Shown here in pieces: positions 49,940 through 63,783 of a DNA stretch of 64,000 nt; the first letter of the stretch is position 1, and every line of letters begins with the position of its first letter. A model generated the notes under the pieces. It made no database searches. It was not told the origin of the DNA and saw only the letters and a list, made by a program, of their open reading frames with translations. The position numbers and the translations under genes were made by a program. Origin of the DNA: Lingula anatina (Eukaryota > Animalia > Brachiopoda); contig CM120643.1 in assembly GCA_051362555.1 (NCBI GenBank), forward strand, positions 23,936,848 to 24,000,847, written 5' to 3'.

Positions 49940-51770
49940 CAAACTTGACACTTAGACCCCATTTCCAGAGATTAGATCGATCTAATTTAGATCGACCTAA
50001 CTCCCTGGGGGTTGACGCTAAATAGCTGTCAGCCGAGCGGACACGAAAGTGTATTACCCCCTTGCAGCTTGTAGTAGGCGGGACGGACATTTAAGCCGGA
50101 CTATCTGACAGTAATCTAGTGAGACTCCCCGCGGGGATAGATCGATCTAAAAGCTCTGGGAATACAGCCTTAATATGGAATATTTCAGTTTTAAAGGTAT
50201 GCCTAGGTTAAAGTGCGTTCTTTTTTGATAAAATTCAGATCTCATATAAGATATCTGACTGACGAAGTGTGAAGTCAGGTGTGTCGCTACCAATTAACTG
50301 ACTACCAAGTCTGTTGCACTCTGCATTATGTAATCTGCAATGATTTAATTGGCTGGTGCTCCTTTGGGCTGGTCAAAGCTTGGCTTTGGCGAAGCATGAT
50401 TCTGTCAAAAAAGTATCCATATGTCGGCAACTACTGCATAGAAGGATTAAAAATTTGCATGCAAGCGGTCGGTTTTGCAGTGCGTAAAATGAGTTAAACA
50501 ATGTTTCACAAAAATGTTAATCTGTGCCAGAATGGCGCGAAAAAGACAGACATTGCCAGACAGATTATTGTGTCAAACGGAATGGTCTGCACAGTTTTAT
50601 GGAGTTATGCCCAGACTGATGTACCTACACAGAGGGCAACTCCCAATGTATTGACATCTTGCCCCCAGGGTACAGGACTCACTGTCCTTCAGGGTATGCT
50701 GCTGCAACTAAACAAAACCCACCCAGTCCGTTCAGAATGAAGGGCAAATTGTGACCAAAACGCGTTTTTAAAGGTTCTTAGCGAATATCAAACTGGTTTT
50801 AGCAGGTTAGGATACCAAACGACCTCTGAGGAGCCACTGTAAATAGCAAAACAGCGTCATCTGTTTCTCTAATGAATTGTGGACCATGACCGTTTCTGGG
50901 TAGAACACTGAAACCGCGTGTCTTTCTTTATTGAGGTCAGATTTCACTTGTACCGCTTAACTGGTCAAAACAGAGTTTACAGAAATCCTGCAGAGGCCTA
51001 CGACAAGGCGTGTGCCGCTTCTAAAGTGACTAGGGTCATTGACAGCGTCAGTATTTGGAGTGGATACCACATTGGTGCCAAAACATCAATGGTAGTCATT
51101 GATGAAAACCTAAACCAGATGAAATACAGGAATAATCTGGGAACCATTTGACTATCATTTGATAGGGGGCATTTTAGGAACAATTTTAGGTTACACGATG
51201 AGATTGCCGGTTCACACAGAGCACTTTTAATAGCAGATAACTTACAGAGCCAAGGGATTGAGCAGATACATTAGTCATCAAAATCGAATCAACGGCCTGC
51301 ATGCCCTACAACTAAACTGAACCAAATTGGACAAGTTTTGACTGTTGCCTTGAATTTTTTTTTTCCAGATTAAACTCTAAAAACCTATCCTAAGGAATAC
51401 CTTGCCACTTGAAAGCTCTGGTAGCAGCCAGATGAGTTTAGGTATAACAGCAACCGTTGCTGTGACAAGACACTGACATGAGGGTCCTTTGTGGGGCGTA
51501 AAACTCTTTTAACGAAAATTTCGAAAATATGGAGATCCAAAATATCGCTTTCAATGGTTGTCGTGTGACTTAAAATAGGCAATGCATTATTATTTGCCTC
51601 ACTGGCGAATCCAATTAATGAACTGATGTCACAATGACATCAAAGGGATAAAGAAAAGTTATTAGAACACGATTTTAATCCTTATTTCCATTTATCAGTC
51701 AGCAAAATAGGAAAAAACTGATGAAAATTAATTCGGAAAAAAATATTCCATATAAAAAATGTCAAGTCTG
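49940..51770 (+). mobile_element. Decayed Tc1/mariner DNA transposon, copy B (same family as 6359-8018)
   Basis: Colinear with copy A. Right TIR ...gtcaagtctg|TA; left TIR TA|caaacttgacactta is split by a MITE. The empty site atcatgTAttatagac is present in the paralogous segment at ~42888-42903. Confidence 0.88.
49955..50169. mobile_element. PIF/Harbinger-like MITE nested in the Tc1 left TIR
   Basis: TTA direct repeats at 49952-49954 and 50170-50172; imperfect inverted ends ...ccagagattagatcgatcta / tagatcgatctaaaagctctgg. Confidence 0.7.
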
Positions 51771-52924
51771 TATTATAGACAAATAAACATTTCATAGAAT
51801 AATAATCCCTGTTTTTACCTGACCGTTTTGAGATATTTATTTAGTTAGTCAAATGGGTGTTAACGTTGTGTAAGTTTTTAAATAGTGACAAATAGTTAAT
51901 GACGTTAAAGCAGGTGTCTTGGATTGTGTTAGCTGAACCAATTCACGTTTCCTAAACACATTCAGGTTTTAAGCAAATTTATGATAATATTTGCAACGCA
52001 GGTGATGGATTTTAATAACTCGTAATAATTTCCGCCCAACATGGGCTTTTGAAACTCTGAAATATTATATTAATAAAATAAGAATAGAAAAAATCTGTTT
52101 ACCAACATTTCGTTCTCACCCAGAAGTATTCGGCTCCAGGTCACAATCTGAGACGGTATGTTTTTCTCACACTCTCTAGGAAAAACGCGGCTCAAAAGAT
52201 AGAGTAACATTGATATAGAATTTAAATAACAATGATAATAATAATTGTATTTTGATAACGATTTGTTATCATAAAACATAAATGCAATCATGGATCACAA
52301 TAACAATGCATTCTTTTCTCAATACGTTTTTAATGCTTGGTTTTCAATTCTTTCTTCAGCTTTTTCCAGCATCCTGCCGGTTATCACAGTCAACATCAGG
52401 CCTACCCAACTACATGTACCATACGAGGCACCGAAGGATCCGGAATTCACTCGTAGATCAGATCGCGCTCCTGGTTTTCAAGGTGTGTATCAGTGCGTAT
52501 TTCACAGTATCATAACCCAAGACAAATTTTATACGATGACCGCAAGCTCTACACACCCAAACCCAATATAGAGGTGCATTTCACATGCTGAAGTGTCAAA
52601 AAATAAAAATGAATGAGTTCAAAATTGTATTCAATATTTCAAAACATATATGTGTATAGAACAAAAATCCACGACTGTCTCAACTGAAATTCAATTTTTA
52701 TATTTTACCATGTCTTTAACATTACGCAATAACGTATAGGCCTACTGGTAACGTTTGTTCCAAAAAACGTACGGTAACGTATGTTCCTTGACATTTAATT
52801 TTCATTTTTATGCTGCGTTCCGATATATTTTTTAGTGGTTCAGTCATGGTAAATTAGACATGACGTAAGGACGTTTTTATAAATATTTAAACTGTATCTC
52901 AAGGAGCTTTGCGTCATGGCTTAA

Positions 52925-55900
52925 AGGGGCCCGCACACGGTGAGCAAGAGATCAAAAAAATCAAACACGTGAAAAAGTTTGCTCAGCCGCGTGAGAGGCA
53001 AAAATCTCACCAAAATACCCCCGCACACGATGAGAAAACGGCGCAGCGCAAGTGGTGCGCGCCAAATGCTCACCGTGTTTGATTTTTTTGGTCTCTTGAG
53101 GCAAATGTCTCAGCGTGTGCAGGGTGCAAGCGCCGATTGCTCACGCCATGCTGACAATGCACATGTGCCAGTAGCCGGAAACAAACAAAAATGGCAGCCC
53201 CCAGCGAAGTCAACAAAAATTTACACAGTTATAGTTAGTCTGATTGATTAACGTGGTCACCATTATCCATTACTATCAGAGAAAAACAACAATATTAGGC
53301 CAGTAAACGAGCATATTTTCCCCATTGAGGTTGGAAAAAATTGGTGACAAAGGTTTCTCAACTGATTCTGGTCCGTAGAAGGCCCAATATAACCCAAAAA
53401 ATTTCCCCCATGAATCCCCCCATGGCAAAGTCTCGTTTTCCACAAAAATCCAAAATGGCCGCTATTGAATGGGGTGGGTGGACTTGAAATCCATAACTTG
53501 GGAACCCAATGTCACAGAAACATGTTTTAAGTATCAACTCCTACTAAGCGAGGGATCCCCAATCTTTTGCAACTAGTCTCAAGGTCACTGGAGGTCAAGG
53601 TCATGACCTTATTACAAGATCAAGGCATTTTTGGAGAAAAAACCCATAATGTCTATATGACAGTTTCCCAATGTCACAGAAACACGTTTAAAGTATCAAC
53701 TCCTACTAAGTGAGGGATCCCCAATTTTTTGCAACCACTTTCAAGGTCAAAGGAGGTCAAGGTCATGACCTAATCACAAGATCTATACATTTTGCGAGCA
53801 AAAAAATGACGTGATATCCATATATTGGTAACCTAATGTCACAAAAACATAATTTAGTCTTAACTATTATTGAATAATGCACCACCAATCTTTTGCAAAT
53901 TTATTCAGAGTCATTAGAGGTCAAGGTCATGACCCTAATTTCAAGGACACTGCATTTTTCGAGCAGAAAATTCCCATATTATCTAAACCTTTGTAATTGG
54001 ATGTCACAGAAGCATGTTTAAATATCATTTCCTACTAAGTGAGGTTCTTCGAATAATTTGTAAATGCTTTCTAGGCCACCAGAGGTCAATGTCATCACCT
54101 TATTTTCAAGGTCATGGCATTTCAAGCTTGAACAAAATGCCATCATGTCTATATTTTGATAACCCTATGTCACAGAAACATGTTGAAAGTATCGATTCAT
54201 ACTAAGTTACATATTGCCGATCATTTGAAACTTTTCCTAGGATCACCAGCGGTCAGGGTCATATCCTTATAACAAGGTTGTTATAACATTTAAGAAAAAT
54301 TGATTTTACACTAATCAAAAACAACACAGGTGATTGTTTAAAGAATATTTCATTACAGAAAAGGCATCGGCACTACTGCATGGTACTCATTTAAATCAAT
54401 GACATTCGGTTTACAAGGCTTAAGGGTATACTGTACCCATTTCAAAATCACTAAGTGTTATACAGATATATGTTTAAATAAATCTGTGTTTTACATTATA
54501 CAGGAACTAAAAGTGAAAAAAAAACATCAAGTACCTGAACCTTGTGTGAATATTCCACTATATGTCAGAACTACATTGTTCAAAACTTCCTATTCTATTG
54601 CAGGGAGGAGTCGAGCAATTTCATTTCTTCAAAAACTTCAGATACATGTGGGAGACCTTTAAAGCTTAATAACATGACATAAACTTGTTTCATACTGGGC
54701 AAAGACAGCCTATTACACAATAACCATTGTAGCCTCACATAAGACATATAAAAATTGGAATATTACAGCATTCTATAATACTGCAATGGGGGAATTAATT
54801 CATTTTGGGTACATAAACATTTAGATAAAATATTATAGAATTAGAAATGAGGACGTTTCATATTGGCCATAGGCTGGGGGGGAAATATAACCAGGTGGAA
54901 TGGCACCTTTTTATGGTATTTACCTTCTTGCCCAGAAGACAGGTTGCTACACCATTTGAACATCCGTAACCGTTTCTCTCCAGCTTTTAAAAACCATCAA
55001 ATGTTGATTTCTCATTGATATACACTTCCAGTGCTTCTCTCAAATCTTCAAACTTACTAGCCACAAGTTTTTACAATTGCTAGCTGTGGATCTCTATACT
55101 AACAGTAGGTCTACATGTAGTTGTGGGGTATGGGTCAAATAAAAGAGTCCCTTTCAGAGAAGAAATACATTTTCCTGGACAAATTCAAGGAGCAATTTGA
55201 CTGCATGATGGACAGTGGTTAAAAGGCAAATGTGTCTTCTGCAGGTAAGTTGGACTATTTACTTCAATGCAACTTGAGGATAAGGCAGTCTGCATTAATG
55301 CACAACATTCAATAAGCATTTATTACCACCTGATCAACTGATATTTGTTAGAAGGCTAGTTACATGAGACTAGTTACATGATGAGCTTCAAACTGAAGGA
55401 TACAAAGTCCTTTACATACGTGTTAGATCCTCGCCCACAGCTACAACTGTTTGTACATCCTTTGTCCTTGGTGCTTTGACCATCATATACAGGCCTGTAG
55501 CCAGTGGCATTCTGGGTAAAATTTTATCTAGGTACACAACTATTTCTAGGTCCACTTTTTTCAGAAAAAGCCCCCCTCCCCCCTTTTGAGACTGCTATCT
55601 TGTCATAATGACTGTCGAATTGAGCAAAGTAAACGAAGGATGATGGTGAGAGCCTGTAGCCAGTTTCCTATCCTAACAGACCTGATAAAAACTTCCAGTT
55701 TGCGATCATGTCTCAGTACTAGTTCTCCAATCTGACAGGAGCTGGCATGATATGAAAACATATAACTACTTTTGACACAGATGAGCACACCAAAAAACAG
55801 CAGCTTTAAAGTTTGTCGACCAAAACATATTACACTCTCTAATAGAGAGTTCACTTGTGGTGAACAAGTTCTCCCCAGCAAGTGGCCTGCTGCTTATTTC

Positions 55901-57840
55901 AGAATCCCACTGCAGGACCAAGAATTGGGATATTTAGGAAAACAGATGCCGAAAAGGGCACCATCTACAAGTTTGTCTTCACACAAGACAAGTTACTAAT
56001 TTTCCGCTCAGCACATTAAAATTACCCAATTAACCCAAGTATCGACTTGCGACAGCATGCTCAGTAGGCTTGGGAGAGGGTATAGCTTTTAGACCTCACC
56101 CATCCATGATGGGGCAGAGTCGGAGCTATAGGTATTGAATCAACCATTAAGAATCAACACATTTTACCATTGGCAATTCAGTAATGGATAGCCTTTGGTT
56201 GTCATAAAAGCAACCAAATACAGATAATGATTAAATGGGCAAATAAATGTGCTTTATCCACTATCTCCTCTCTACAATGGCACACAGATACTCCAAAGTA
56301 GATCATACATACAAAAGTGGGACAAGAAGGCTTTAGGTCAATCATTGGGCAGACAAGAAGAGAGCTTATGCCAATAGTACCGGTGTTAAAATGAAGTATT
56401 TACATCAAACAACAATGGGCTCAGGTCGCTCTATAAACTGTAACATTTGTCATAAAAAATGGAGATGCATATTTTGCTCTTAAACAATCTTATGTGTTGT
56501 ACTTAGATCACCCTAGAATCAAATTTTCATTAAATTTCATGATGACCTTGCAATAAGGTCAATCCTGTACCTCCTAGATTTTGGAAATAGTTGCAAATGA
56601 TAAACAGGACCCCATTTACAAGACATTATTGGCACGCTGAACACGTTTCTGTAACATTTGGTAATTGAGAAATTATGGAATTTCGACTGAAAATCTTACG
56701 ACCTTGTAATAAGCGGTCATAACCTTAACCTCTGGTGACCTTTAAATTAGTTGCAATTGATTGTTGACTTCTCATTTAGTAGGAATTGATACATTAAACA
56801 TGCATGTTTTAGTGACATACGGTTACCAAGCTATATATAATATGATATAATTCACTTGGAAAATACCATGTCCTTGAAATTTCTTCATAATTTTGGCCTC
56901 TGACCTTGAAAATAGTTGCAAGTGTTTGGCAGTGTCCCACTTGGTTGATATTGTTTCTTATAACATGTTTCTATGACAACAGGGGAACTGTCATATAGAC
57001 ATTATGGGTTTTTTTGCTCCAAAAATGCTTTGACCTTGTAATAAGGTCATGACCTTGACCTCCAGTGACCTTGAGACTAGTTGCATCAGATTGGGGATCA
57101 CTCACTTAGTAGGAATTGATACTTAAAACATGTTTCTGTGACATTGGGAAACTGTCATATAGACATTACGGGTTTTTTTTCCTCCAAAAATGATTTGACC
57201 TTGTAATAAGGTCATGACCTTGACCTCCAATGACCTTGAGACTAGTTGCAAAAGATTGGGGATCACTCACTTAATAGGAGTTGATACTTAAAACATGTTT
57301 CTGTGACATTGGGAAACTGTCATATAGACATTATGGGTTTTTTTCCTCCAAAAATGCCTTGATCTTGTAATAAGGTCATGACCTTGACCTCCAGTGACCT
57401 TGAGACTAGTTGCAAAAGATTGGGGATCCCTCACTTAGTAGGAGTTGATACTTAAAACATGTTTCTGTGACATTGGGTTCCCAAGTTATGGATTTCAAGT
57501 CCACCCACCCCATTCAATAGCGGCCATTTTGGATTTTTGTGGAAAACGAGACTTTGCCATGGGGGGATTTATGGGGAAAATTTTTTGGGCTATATTGAGC
57601 CTTCAACGGACCAGAATCAGTTGAGAAACCTTTGTCACCAATTTTTTCCAACCTAAGTTGTTTATTGACTGGCCTAATATGTAATGTTTCCTTAAACACA
57701 TGATCCCACAGTTCGAAGTGCGTCCGCTAGGGGCAGGCCGGGAGGCACCTCTGCTGAGCAAAGAGCGCAGCGTTTGCGGGGAGCTGAGGAGCCCGAGCAT
57801 CTTGCTCAGCGCAATTGGCGCTTACCGTGTGCGGGGTGCT
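52925..57840. mobile_element. Harbinger-like MITE split by a 4.4-kb nested insertion
   Basis: Left end aggggcccgcacacggtgagc and right end gcttaccgtgtgcggggtgct are inverted. The GC-rich halves 52925-53295 and 57677-57840 flank the nested element. Confidence 0.55.
53296..57676. mobile_element. Long-TIR DNA transposon with ~165-bp subterminal tandem arrays (possibly Academ-like)
   Basis: ATAT|TAGGCCAGT ... ACTGGCCTA|ATAT ends and several hundred bp of inverted identity (53328 onward versus 57654 backward). About 5-6 units of ~165 bp at each end, decaying inward. No intact ORF. Superfamily is inferred only from TAG..CTA termini and the 4-bp flank. Confidence 0.75.
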
Positions 57841-58285
57841 TAGAAAAATTGTCAAAATGTTTCATTTTGTTCAAGTACTTGTGTGCAAGAGATACAATGT
57901 TTTCTTTTGCTGACCGAACAATATATTGTGGTCCCATGATAACATGTAGTTTGACATTTCTGATATAATATTTGGATCATGAAGGGAATTTTTTTTTATT
58001 ATTTAATGCTTATTTTACTGTCGATATGTTGTATTTTCCCCATTTTTTTTAAATATTCTGTGACAAGCAAACTAAAGTCGCTCAAAAACAATTAACTGCT
58101 CTATACAGAAGATTATTATAATTTTTAGCAACGTTATAGGGGCCTACTTGTAGGAGATAAATCAATGAACAAAACCAGTGATGACTGAATTTCCAAAGTG
58201 AGTAGAACGCTTCACAGTTGGACGTTTTGTATTTGTGACAGTAAAGTATGTTCCTTTTTGGGGTAAAATGATGAATTATTTTTAA

Positions 58286-61200
58286 GAGCTTGTCCACGAG
58301 AGAACCAGCCCAGGGTGGCAAGGTGGGGGTCAGCGGATTTCAACCAAATTTGTTGTATGGAGGCATATTAGGAAGTTATTCATGAGTGAGGAAGGAATCC
58401 CAAAAATATCCTTTCTTCAGAGAATTATAGCCTATTATAAGTCATGGCTTATGTAGCCTCTTTGAGACTCCATTTTTACCTTGGAAAAATAATGATATAT
58501 TTTGTGTAAATTAAACAAAAATGGAGAAAACTAAAAAATATTAGACCTTACAAACATTGAAAACAATCATTTGGCTTGCCACAGATATATGTAGAATTCA
58601 GATAAGACCCTGCTTGGGCGGGCCACACCCATTTATAACACCCCTCTCCCCAAAGTCCAATTTTGATACTACCATCTTTAATTGCATATATCTCCATCTT
58701 CACAGGATTTACAGCTATAAAACTGCATGAATATTTTAGGCAGATATAGATCACTCCAAATCAAGTTTCAAAAGTTACTGCTGTATTAAAACAGGTACTG
58801 AAAAATACCCCCAAAGTTGGCCATTTTTAAGGCAAAAAATCGTGGTGGATTCATTCAAGTCTATGTAGACAATGGGTTTGATTAATTTATTAAACCATTT
58901 TGCTCTACAATGATGTTACTTAATTAATAGGACTGGTGAGCATGGAAAGTAGATGTGTACTACTACTAATGAATATCAGGTCAGTGGGTCATAGGTCAAG
59001 GTCACTGGGCTTCATATTTGTAAATTGCCATATATGGACTTTTTAATTTGTATGGACAAAAAGTTTAGAGGAAATAAATCTTAGATTCTGTTACTTTGGA
59101 TAGGCACTGGCAATTAACTTGAGAGTTTACATGATAATTTTAATATATATATTTTTAATATCATCAATTTGGTGAATACAAATTAAAATCTTAGTTTAGT
59201 AGCGATTTCTTTTTGGTGCAATATTTATCATGTAGAGATATGCCATAGTATTTATGAGAGCAAAGCCAGAACAAATCTTTTTTAATTATCAAGAGGTTTT
59301 TTTATTCATCCACACCACTTTTTGGTGACTATTTATGAGCATAAAGAAACTAAAAAATTATTCAATTTAGTTTATTGTTGTCTCAGATGAATAATTACAA
59401 ATAATAAAAAAAAAATCACAAAATTATAATACTGCAATACATGCAAAGCAATGCAACATTAGTTGTGATCATCACAAACTATATCATAATGTAGCAAAAC
59501 AAGATAATTTTCTATTCAAAAAGCAAAACTAACACAACCACAAAATATATCCTGGTGTTATGAAACATCTTTGCAGTTTTATATCAAACATTACAGCTCA
59601 TAACATCAAAGTTTTTAATACATTCAAAAATAAATGCCGATTTTTTCTTCCTGAATAGTCTGTTACCCTCCTTACTGACATTTCAATCTCATCTTCATGC
59701 TCACAAATGCTACGTTCTGCTGGCCTGTTTCTTGTGCCCTTCTACACACCTTCAGTAAAAACTCCTTTACTTTATTGGAATATAGTTTCAAAGGTTAAGA
59801 TGACTTTAAAGCTCATCCATTGTGTAACTCAGTGAGATATTCAAGAGGGTGGAATTCTCTCACAGCTGATGTGCTTTAAGTTTTTCTTTAGTCAGATTGT
59901 TGACCCACTAGACTTTAATTTGATCAAAAGCTGTTTTTTGGCACATTTCATAACTTAAAAAAAGGGCCACACAATTACTCTTCAGTCTTGGTAGCAAAAG
60001 ATTTCAGAGAAGACTTCTCTGGACAAGAAAAATTTCCTTGTTTGTGATCTTTTTTGGTATAGTCCCAGTTGACACATTTGCCTTTGAAAAACCCAAATTA
60101 ACTTTAACATCAGCATCACTCATGTTAAAACTGCTCAAGGAAGGGAGACACCTTTTCTCATGTTGTAGGAATCAAGAAAGCTAAATTGTTGTAACTGGAC
60201 ACTCCAGTCCACGCAGGTTTGGAAGATGTCTGTCTAGCTGGATGTAGAAAATGGCTCCAACTGCAGAAACTAGGGCCTCATGCATCTCCTCAGCATTTGT
60301 TATATTGTGGCTTTCATTTACATACATGCCTTTCTACAACAGCAGTCATTTCCACACTAGTTTCAGTTTCTGCAAGGCTTTGGACTCTTTTGCTGACCAT
60401 AAGATCACTGTGTGTCAAATAACACTTCTCAAATATGTCTGAAATATACATATAGCTTACTATAGACACATGAAAACACTTATCTGAAAGTTAATTGATA
60501 CATTGATGAAAAATAAATTATTATCCCATTTGTCCATGTTTTATAAGTAAGGCATGGTTTCGAATATTAATTATGATGAGCCTAGCAATTTTGCCAAGAC
60601 CAGCCATAGCTTCAATCTAATTCCAATTGTTACCCTTAAATTTATTTTACCCAAATACCATTAAACCTACATAAATACCCACACAAATATAGCTTAAAAG
60701 ATAAAATTATCACAGGTCCTTAGGCTGCAATTTCATTATTTGAAAGGGGGCATTTTTCTTTCGAAAAAAAAGAAAAAAAAGAAAAAAAAATGGACCGCTT
60801 ACCATTAAAAAATTACACCTAGATAATTTTTCTGAGTGAACTTTTTTTCTGACTTTTAGCCTGTATTAAAATACAAACAAACCCGTTTCTTACCTAAACC
60901 AAGTGGTACCAGTACATTCAAATGGCTTTTTGTCTACACTGGCATCTGCAGGTTAATCCCATGACATATTTCGTTATAGGCTCGTTTTTCCCTGTGTGGA
61001 TGGTTTCCAGCACAAACCAAGCCCATATCCCAGTGCTGGTCACATGGTGTAACCCATTCATTCTCCCAAAGATACTTGGAAATGTCCAATTACGATCATC
61101 GGAGACAAAAGAATCCACACCTGACAAGAATCAGTTTGCTTTCGTAACTCACGCTGTTTTGCTTCATGTAAACGCGACGAAGATGACTGTTAATATCTCT

Positions 61201-61300
61201 GTTGCAATTTCTCAATACACTACATGTTTTTTTATATCTGTACACAGAGTATTAACCACATGATATACGACTTCGTTGAGGAAGATTTGCAAACAAACAG
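58286..61300 (-). mobile_element. Decayed Sola3-like DNA transposon (other end not located)
   Basis: TTAA|GAG terminus at 58282-58288. Minus-strand remnants LRNCNRDINSHL...ESKLILVRCGFF and GINLQM...LVPLG followed by a donor (61250-60890), and FSCPE / G*ALK-like motifs (60050-59800), recalled from Sola3-type transposases; not verified by search. Confidence 0.45.
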
Positions 61301-62099
61301 TCTGCAATTTCCGCCATGTTGGATAATGACGTTGTGTTGTTCTGACGTTAGTACATTAGTTTCACATGATTTTAAAATGTGTTAGATGCTTGTTTTAACC
61401 AGAAAAAAAATTAAAATAAGTAAAATGAAAATAAAAAGTTCAACTTACAGTGTTTTAAACCATTTGTTGACTTGAAAGAGATAGCTGAAGTTGAGAGCAC
61501 CGATATATGTGTCCGGATATATTTACGAAAAATGAAGAAATGGGGAATACCAGCCCGCTTGGCGCCAGGTGTCGCTAGTGTGAATTCAGTCCTTCCTAGG
61601 TCGCCATGTTGGATATTGTATACGTTGGACTGTGGTACTGGCCTTAATAAACATGCCTCAGTATTGTTGTGTACCTGAATGTCAAAGTCGGCAAGGTGGG
61701 CATAATTTTCTTGAGGATTCAGGGCTTCGTTTGAAGTGAAGGGTTGCCCATGTCAACACACCTTCCATGTTAAAGGGTCAGTTACAACTTGACCCAGGAA
61801 CAGTAATTAGGCCCCTAAAGATAGACGAGTTGCCTCAAAAAGAATACACGTAAAAAGGTTAATTGATCTTGGCAAAACTTATAAAGTTTTGGAAAGAGAG
61901 CTCCATAGCAAGAAAGTGCCCCTAGGAGGTATGATTTATCAAAGTGCGTTTTCTTATGTCCGTAATTTCAGAAGAGTTGTCAGTAAATATATATAAGTCC
62001 CGGTAGCCTACTACCCGCATAAGGTTGTGTTATTAAGTAATATCCTTTTTTATTGATGTATTGAGCATGACCGGTAATGTTAATTAAATAGTTATTTTT

Positions 62100-62700
62100 A
62101 TTTAAAATCATTATTCAGTACCTCGTAAGAATCATAAAACTAGGTATAGTTAGATAATTTATTTGTTCATGTATAGATGCAATTTCTCAGCCAATGGAAT
62201 AATGCATGTTTGGAAATCTTTTTGTAACAGTTTAAGAAATAAAATTTAAAGAAAGAAAACATTTTATAAATGAACAGTTTTTGTTCTTTTTTTACAAAAT
62301 AGCACTTCTGAATTGTTTTACTTGAGTAGAAACACCATATTATTTCATCGCTCTGAAAATTCATTAAAAAGCAGCAAAACCAAATATTTTATTTAAACAA
62401 AATAATTATTCAGTCCATAGTAAAAACCATGAAACCATGTAATACTTAGATAATTTATTTGTGCTATAACTTTCCTGAATATATAGCTGCAATTTCTCAG
62501 CCAATGGATTACTGTAGGTATGGAAAACTTTTTGTAACAGTTTAAGAAATAAAAATTAAAGAAAGCAAACATTTTACAAATTAACAGTTTTTTGTTCCTT
62601 TTTACAAAATAGTACTTATGAATTATTTTACTTGAATAGAACCACCACATTATGTCATCACTTTGAAAATTCTTTAAAAAGCAGAAAAACCAAATTATTT
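62100..62700. repeat. ~300 bp AT-rich tandem duplication
   Basis: tgcaatttctcagccaatgga...tttgtaacagtttaagaaataaaa at ~62178 and ~62488. Confidence 0.8.
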
Positions 62701-62930
62701 GCTGTAAATACAACTAGCAATTTATTTCATCCCACTAAAATACTTTACAAAATAGCATCATGGGTATTTTTTCATTACAGTTAAATATTATTAAAAACAG
62801 CATAAACACATAAGTACTTTTTGTAAAGAATATAGCACCACCAAATTATTTCATTTTAGTGAAAACATTTTTTAAAATTGCACTTCAAAATTATGATTGC
62901 AGCTAAAACCATCTCATACAGGGGTACTTT

Positions 62931-63783
62931 CTATAAACTGGTTGACACATACTTCCTATAGTGTTTTTCATTAAAAAAAGTTATCCTGGGCAAAATACAT
63001 GTAGAAAAATATCCAGCGTCAGAATGAATCAACCCCACAAACAGATCTTTGAATGTAAACACAACAAAATAGCAGAATGGGCGATTTGTAATGAACATCT
63101 GGCCTTCTAACTTAGTATAGTATTCGCAGGTTTTCTTTAGGCCCAGATTCGTGCACGAGATACACATTCCAAAAAGGGGAAATCGGGTCCGGATCCAACT
63201 GTCATGTGTCTGCAATGGTTTTGGACACAACAATTATTCATACAGTTTGTTCATATACTTCTTCTCTGTAGCTGACATTATCTCTCCAAATCTGGAAGCA
63301 GTGATCCGCCATTGTCTCTCCTTGTGTCAGATTGCGCTCTTTCCTTGTTGTAACTTGCTATGCTCAGTGTCCTTCGCTGTTTGTTCCTCAACCTGAAATA
63401 GTCATATCCCATTAAAGCATGGTAGATGGTTACAGCATTAAATAGTTAAGATACAATTTTATATTTCTATGATGTCACACATCACCTAGTTTGATAATTC
63501 TTTCTCATATTTGGGCCTGATTCTTAATATTAGACCTCTGTTTTCACTTACATCATTCCCTCTATCCATGCATTATTGTTTTCATGGCACTTGGCAATAT
63601 TTGTTGTCCATCACAGCCGCCTGTAAGTCAGCTTTAGGGTAGGCATAACTGGTGGCTACATCAATCTTTGCCGCTGATGTGAAGTGACGGGTAAGATTCC
63701 TGAAGTAATCATTTTATCCTGCTCTTGAAGTTGGCTGTCCTGGGGTCCTGAAATCGACAGTTTCAGGCTTTGCCCCCAATATA
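62931..63783 (-). pseudogene. YqaJ / lambda-exonuclease-family pseudogene (transposon-associated)
   Basis: Exon after an acceptor near 63393 reads VEEQT...QGKSAI*HKERQWRITASRFGEIM (W-x3-R-x2-RITAS-x-F motif) and later LKKTCEYYTKLEGQMFITNRPFCYFVVFTFKDLFV (YYxQxQGQM motif). Stops present and the central catalytic part is missing. An upstream exon remnant lies at ~63590-63783. Confidence 0.7.
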
